From an uncultured delta proteobacterium (GTDB taxonomy: Bacteria > Myxococcota_A > Polyangia > Polyangiales > B10-G4): DNA of 64,000 nucleotides. Location: the NCBI GenBank assembly GCA_963727445.1, contig CAVSGI010000009.1, positions 544,001 to 608,000 on the forward strand, in the 5' to 3' direction. The position numbers were made by a program, and so were the translations under genes. Below the pieces are notes generated by a model. The model ran no database searches and had not been told where the DNA came from. It saw only the letters and a list, made by a program, of their open reading frames with translations. Positions within the stretch are counted from its first letter, which is position 1, and every line of letters starts with the position of its first letter. Positions 60,244 through 64,000 of the stretch are shown in pieces.

Positions 60244-61512
60244 ATGAAGACCACCCGCTTGCTCATCGCCTTGACCCTTCTCGTACCTGCGCTCGGCGCC
60301 TGCGCGGCCATGGACCCCGATGGGGCCGATGCCCGCGATGCCTGTGCGCTATGCGATGGCGGCAAAGCCGATGACCTGACGGAAGGCTCGTGCGACGCCC
60401 AGGCCGTCTTGGCGCTCGCCAACACGGCGACCGAGCAGGTTCTCGATGAGGACGTGGGCCTCGATTCGCGGGCCGCAGAGGGGATCGTGAGCGCGCGCCA
60501 AACGGGCGACCTCACCTTGCAGACGCTGGACGCCGTTCCCTACGTCGGCCCTCAGGCCTTCGACCGCATGCGACAGTACGCGACGGGGCACGACTTCGTG
60601 CCCGCCTCATGCGGCGAGACGGTGACGACGCATCTCCAGGTGCCGCTCGTCAGTGAAGACGACGAGGTGACGCCCCTGTCGACCTACAACGATCAGATCG
60701 TGGCGGCGGGCTTCGAGCCGCTCCCCGACGTCGTGAAGGTCAGCGACTATCACGATTGGGCCGACCTCATGGACCGCATCGATACGATCGCGGCGACCGT
60801 CGACATGCCCCTCGCCAAGAGCTATGCGCAGTCGCCCGACGACATCGCCGACCTCTGCTATCGCGGCGACGCCAACGAGATCGCGGACCTCGCGGCGAAC
60901 CTCTCGGATTCGGTCTTCGGCGACATGTTCCTGGTGCTCGGCTACCGCTACAAGGACACCACCGAGTTCTTCATCGACGACTACGAGCTCGACGGAACCG
61001 AGCGTCCCGCGGAGTGGAACGACTTCGATGGGTCCGGCGAGAACGTGATGATCCTCCACACCATCGGTGACGAAGGCTACGAGGCCACCGCCGAGGTTCC
61101 GCGCTGCGCCGGCGACACCCAGCCGCCGCCGCCGGTTCTGCAGGGCATCACCGACATCACCTGTCAGACGACCACTGCCGAACACGACGGTACGGCCACC
61201 ATCAAATTCAGCGTGACCCACCTCGGAGAGGACAGCATGGACTACGTGTGGCCGGAGGGAGACGACGCGTCGCCCTTCACCGTGACGCCCGAGTCCTCCA
61301 AGGCCTTCACCCTGGTGGGGGGCGTTGCGGACGGGTACGTGCAGAACGCGCCGGACCGGCTCCGCGTCTGGGCCGACCAGGACGGCTTCGAGTTCGGCAC
61401 CCTCGCGCTCTACAAGGACAGCGAGTACACCCGCGGCTACTTCCTCTTCGAGGACGGCCAGAGCGACTACGAGTTCTACACGACCGTCTTCTGCGAGCTC
61501 ACCGAGCGCTGA
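60244..61512 (+). CDS. Lipoprotein with a GKAD motif and a helix-hairpin-helix-like domain
   Basis: ALGAC lipobox; GGKAD; LANTAT..LD.DVGLDSRAA..IV..R..LDAVPYVGP. Confidence 0.7.
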   Translation: MKTTRLLIALTLLVPALGACAAMDPDGADARDACALCDGGKADDLTEGSCDAQAVLALANTATEQVLDEDVGLDSRAAEGIVSARQTGDLTLQTLDAVPYVGPQAFDRMRQYATGHDFVPASCGETVTTHLQVPLVSEDDEVTPLSTYNDQIVAAGFEPLPDVVKVSDYHDWADLMDRIDTIAATVDMPLAKSYAQSPDDIADLCYRGDANEIADLAANLSDSVFGDMFLVLGYRYKDTTEFFIDDYELDGTERPAEWNDFDGSGENVMILHTIGDEGYEATAEVPRCAGDTQPPPPVLQGITDITCQTTTAEHDGTATIKFSVTHLGEDSMDYVWPEGDDASPFTVTPESSKAFTLVGGVADGYVQNAPDRLRVWADQDGFEFGTLALYKDSEYTRGYFLFEDGQSDYEFYTTVFCELTER

Positions 61513-61532
61513 GTAGAAAAACGGGGGCGATT

Positions 61533-61572
61533 CGGCGGCCTGACGCATCCGCGTCGGCCGCCGTTTTCGTTT
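61533..61572 (+). terminator. Intrinsic terminator
   Basis: CGGCGGCC(T)GACGC-ATCC-GCGTCGGCCGCCG followed by TTTTCGTTT. Confidence 0.7.
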
Positions 61573-61838
61573 CAGCGACCGACCTTCTTCTTGAGCGCTT
61601 CGAGCTCGTCTTCAATCTCCCGCTTCTGCTTCGCCTCGGCGCGCGCCTTTTCCTTCGCCGTCTTCTTGGCGGCTTTCTCCTGAGCCCGCCGATCCCGGGC
61701 GTCCTGGATGTCGTCGGCGACCTCTTCCACGTGCGACTCGACGCTCTCCTTGAATTCGTCGACCGCGGAGCGGGCCGCTTCTTTGCCGACTTCCCAGCCG
61801 AAGCCTTCGAGGAGGGCGCGCATCAAGGTCCGCTTCAT
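61572..61838 (-). CDS. Small hypothetical coiled-coil protein
   Basis: GAGGAG ribosome-binding site before ATG; charged helix ending ELEALKKKVGR. Confidence 0.7.
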   Translation of the reverse strand: MKRTLMRALLEGFGWEVGKEAARSAVDEFKESVESHVEEVADDIQDARDRRAQEKAAKKTAKEKARAEAKQKREIEDELEALKKKVGR

Positions 61839-61889
61839 CTCCTCATCGTACGCGAAGGGGCCGTGCTTCTCCCCGGAGGGCCCTGCGGC

Positions 61890-64000
61890 TCAGTAGCCCT
61901 GCTGGTCGAGCTGCTGTCGGAGCTGCTCCAGGAGCGCTTCGGTCTGGTCGACGGTATCGGCACCGAGCACCGCGGGGCTCCCGGCATCGGGGAGTGGGCC
62001 CAGGTGGGGGCGCTCCATCGAGAAGAGCAGGGCGTCGGCTTCGTCGCGCCAGCGCTGGGGGGCCTCCTCGCCGAGGGTGAGGATCCCCATCACGCGCGCT
62101 TGGCCGCGCAGCTCGGCGTCGAGGAGGTCGAGCCCGCGCTCGAGCCCGGTGGCGTCCTCGCGGAGGCGGACGGGATCGGCCCAGCCCAGCATCAGCTCCG
62201 TGCGCGCATCGCCCACGAGCTCACGCGCCTGGGAGATGAAGGGCGAGGCGTCGCGTCCCGTCTTCAGTGCGAGGGCGATGGTGGACCACACGGTCGTTTG
62301 GTGAATGCCGTCGCTCGGGCTGAGGGCGAAGGCACGCTCGACCAGCGTGGGCGGCGCGCCTTCGGAGGCGGCGGCGAGGCGTAGCAGGGAGTTCGCCATG
62401 TGCGGATCGACGCCATAGGCGTGGTTGACCGCGGCTTCGAGGCGTCCGTCGTCGAGCATGGTGTAGCTGCGGCCGATGCCCTCGTTGGTCCACGTGGCCC
62501 GCTCCTCAATCCCCTGCATCTGCGCCAGGAGCTGCGAGTGTGGCATCAGATCATGCATGGTGGCCGGATTCGGATGGGAGACCGCGCGCCGCACGCGAGC
62601 CAGCTCGACCGCGATCTCGGCTGCGATGTCGGAGCGCATGCGGGCGGCGGTCTCGAGGGCGGTCTGCGCTTCGTCGTAGCGTCCCTCCGCTGCCAGGACC
62701 GAACCGGCCGCGCGCGCGAAGAAGGGGTTGTTCGGAAACTGCTGGTAGCCGGCGACGAACGCGCGGTTCTTCTCCACCTGATCGACCATGCAGCGTGTCT
62801 GCAGATACTCGGCGTCGCCGCCCATCGCGGCCGCGCCCCGCTGGCGCTGGCGCTGGCAGATCTCGGATCGCTCGCCATCGCTTTGCGCGAGATCCTGCTC
62901 CAGGCGAAGCAGCTGCACGTCGCCCGGGCTCTCGGCGATACGCGCCGCCAGAATCTCGGGGAACTCGGGCTCCTCGGAAGCCATGCGCAGCCAGAGGCTG
63001 AGGTGGGTCGAGGTCTCCGCATCCCAGCGCGCGTGCGCGAGGATCACCTCGCGCGGATCCTGCCCCGGGGGCATGGCGGAGAGCTGCGCCGCGGGATCAT
63101 CTCCGGCGACCCCATCGAAGACCAGACGCGTCGTGCCGCTCCCGTTCCCCGAAGCGCTCGAAGGAGGCTCGCTGAAGACGAACCCCGCGTCGGTGGTGGT
63201 GATCCGCGGCGCGCCCATCAGGCGCGGGCCGGGGTCGTACGCGCTGCCGTAGACGGCGGTCCACTCGACGAGCGGCGAAGCAGAGGCGACGTTGTAGACG
63301 TACTGGGCCTGACTGTTGGCGACGTCCGCATCGAAGTCCTCGATGAGCGCGCCTTCGCGGGTGGTGGTGACGATGTGCACCTCTTCGTCCTCGATCTCGA
63401 CCTCGCGGTGCATGCCCGGGCTGAGCGAGAATCTCCTCGTCGCCGATCTCCACGTCCACCGGGCGATCGAGGCCGTTGTAGACGACAATCGAGTGCTCGA
63501 CCGCGGCCACGCCGCCGAGCCAGAAGCCCGCGCCGAGGATCGCACCAGCCACGCAGAAGCGAACGGTGCCGGGGACGATGCCCTCGGCGAGCATGAAGCG
63601 ATCCCAGAGGTCGAGCTTCTTCTGGCGCTTGCGCTCGCGGCCGGGGATCAGGGTGACGTAGTGACCCGGCACCAGCGCGGTGGTCGGCGCCTCGCCGACT
63701 TCGCATTCGCCGCGGGCGCAGCGCGCGATGTGCTCCTCGGTGTCGAGGAGGACCTCGAGGGTGCAGGCGCGGAGCGCGCCGAGGTCGCCGGCGACGGTGA
63801 TGAGCCAGCTGTCGGCGGCCTGCATCCAGTCGCCGATGTTCATCTCGGTCGGAACGCCGAGCCTGAAGTCGCCGAGCGCCTTGGACCAGCTCTCGACGTC
63901 GAGGCGACGGGCGACGGAATCGGGCAGGTAGACCGCCTCCTTCTGTGAGAAGACCCGGGCGAGGGCGTCGTAGGCCTCGGTCGCGGCGGCCACCAACCGT
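61890..64000 (-). CDS. C-terminal part of a large membrane protein with a TPR-like region (possibly M48 peptidase family); frameshift at about 63430; start outside the window
   Basis: ORF 63097-63996 (TM helix VRFCVAGAILGAGFWLGG) continues into the 61890 ORF at SLSPGMHREVEI; no HExxH motif inside the window. Confidence 0.6.

Overview
GC-rich bacterial DNA with about 50 genes. The gene content points to Myxococcota (Polyangiales/Sandaracinaceae-like): many TPR proteins, Hanks-type Ser/Thr kinases, FHA proteins, lipoproteins and Glt/Nfs-type gliding or envelope genes. Recognisable housekeeping genes are bamD, phoH, cysK, pyk, a Leu/Phe/Val dehydrogenase, a GreA/B-family factor, a GST and an RNB nuclease. 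A Glt/Nfs-like operon (barrel, unknown gene, C, D, E, F, G) lies at 26.4-36.3 kb, and a PilS/PilR-like pair precedes an orphan type IV pilin at 46-49.8 kb. The most unusual region is 22.25-23.78 kb. Here a RAYT-type HUH/Y1 transposase with a C-terminal HTH is bracketed by a perfect 31-bp inverted repeat that includes the TAA stop codons of both convergent host genes. Both ends have grown into nested, variable-length duplication arrays, and both flanking genes show a mirror-image switch in synonymous codon composition about 300 nt from the element. Two further hairpin-rich intergenic tandem arrays (77 bp and about 147 bp units) are present. The sequence has many single-base indels and one in-frame TAG, most likely long-read consensus errors, so several genes were reconstructed across frameshifts. 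All family calls come from motifs read by eye; no database searches were run.
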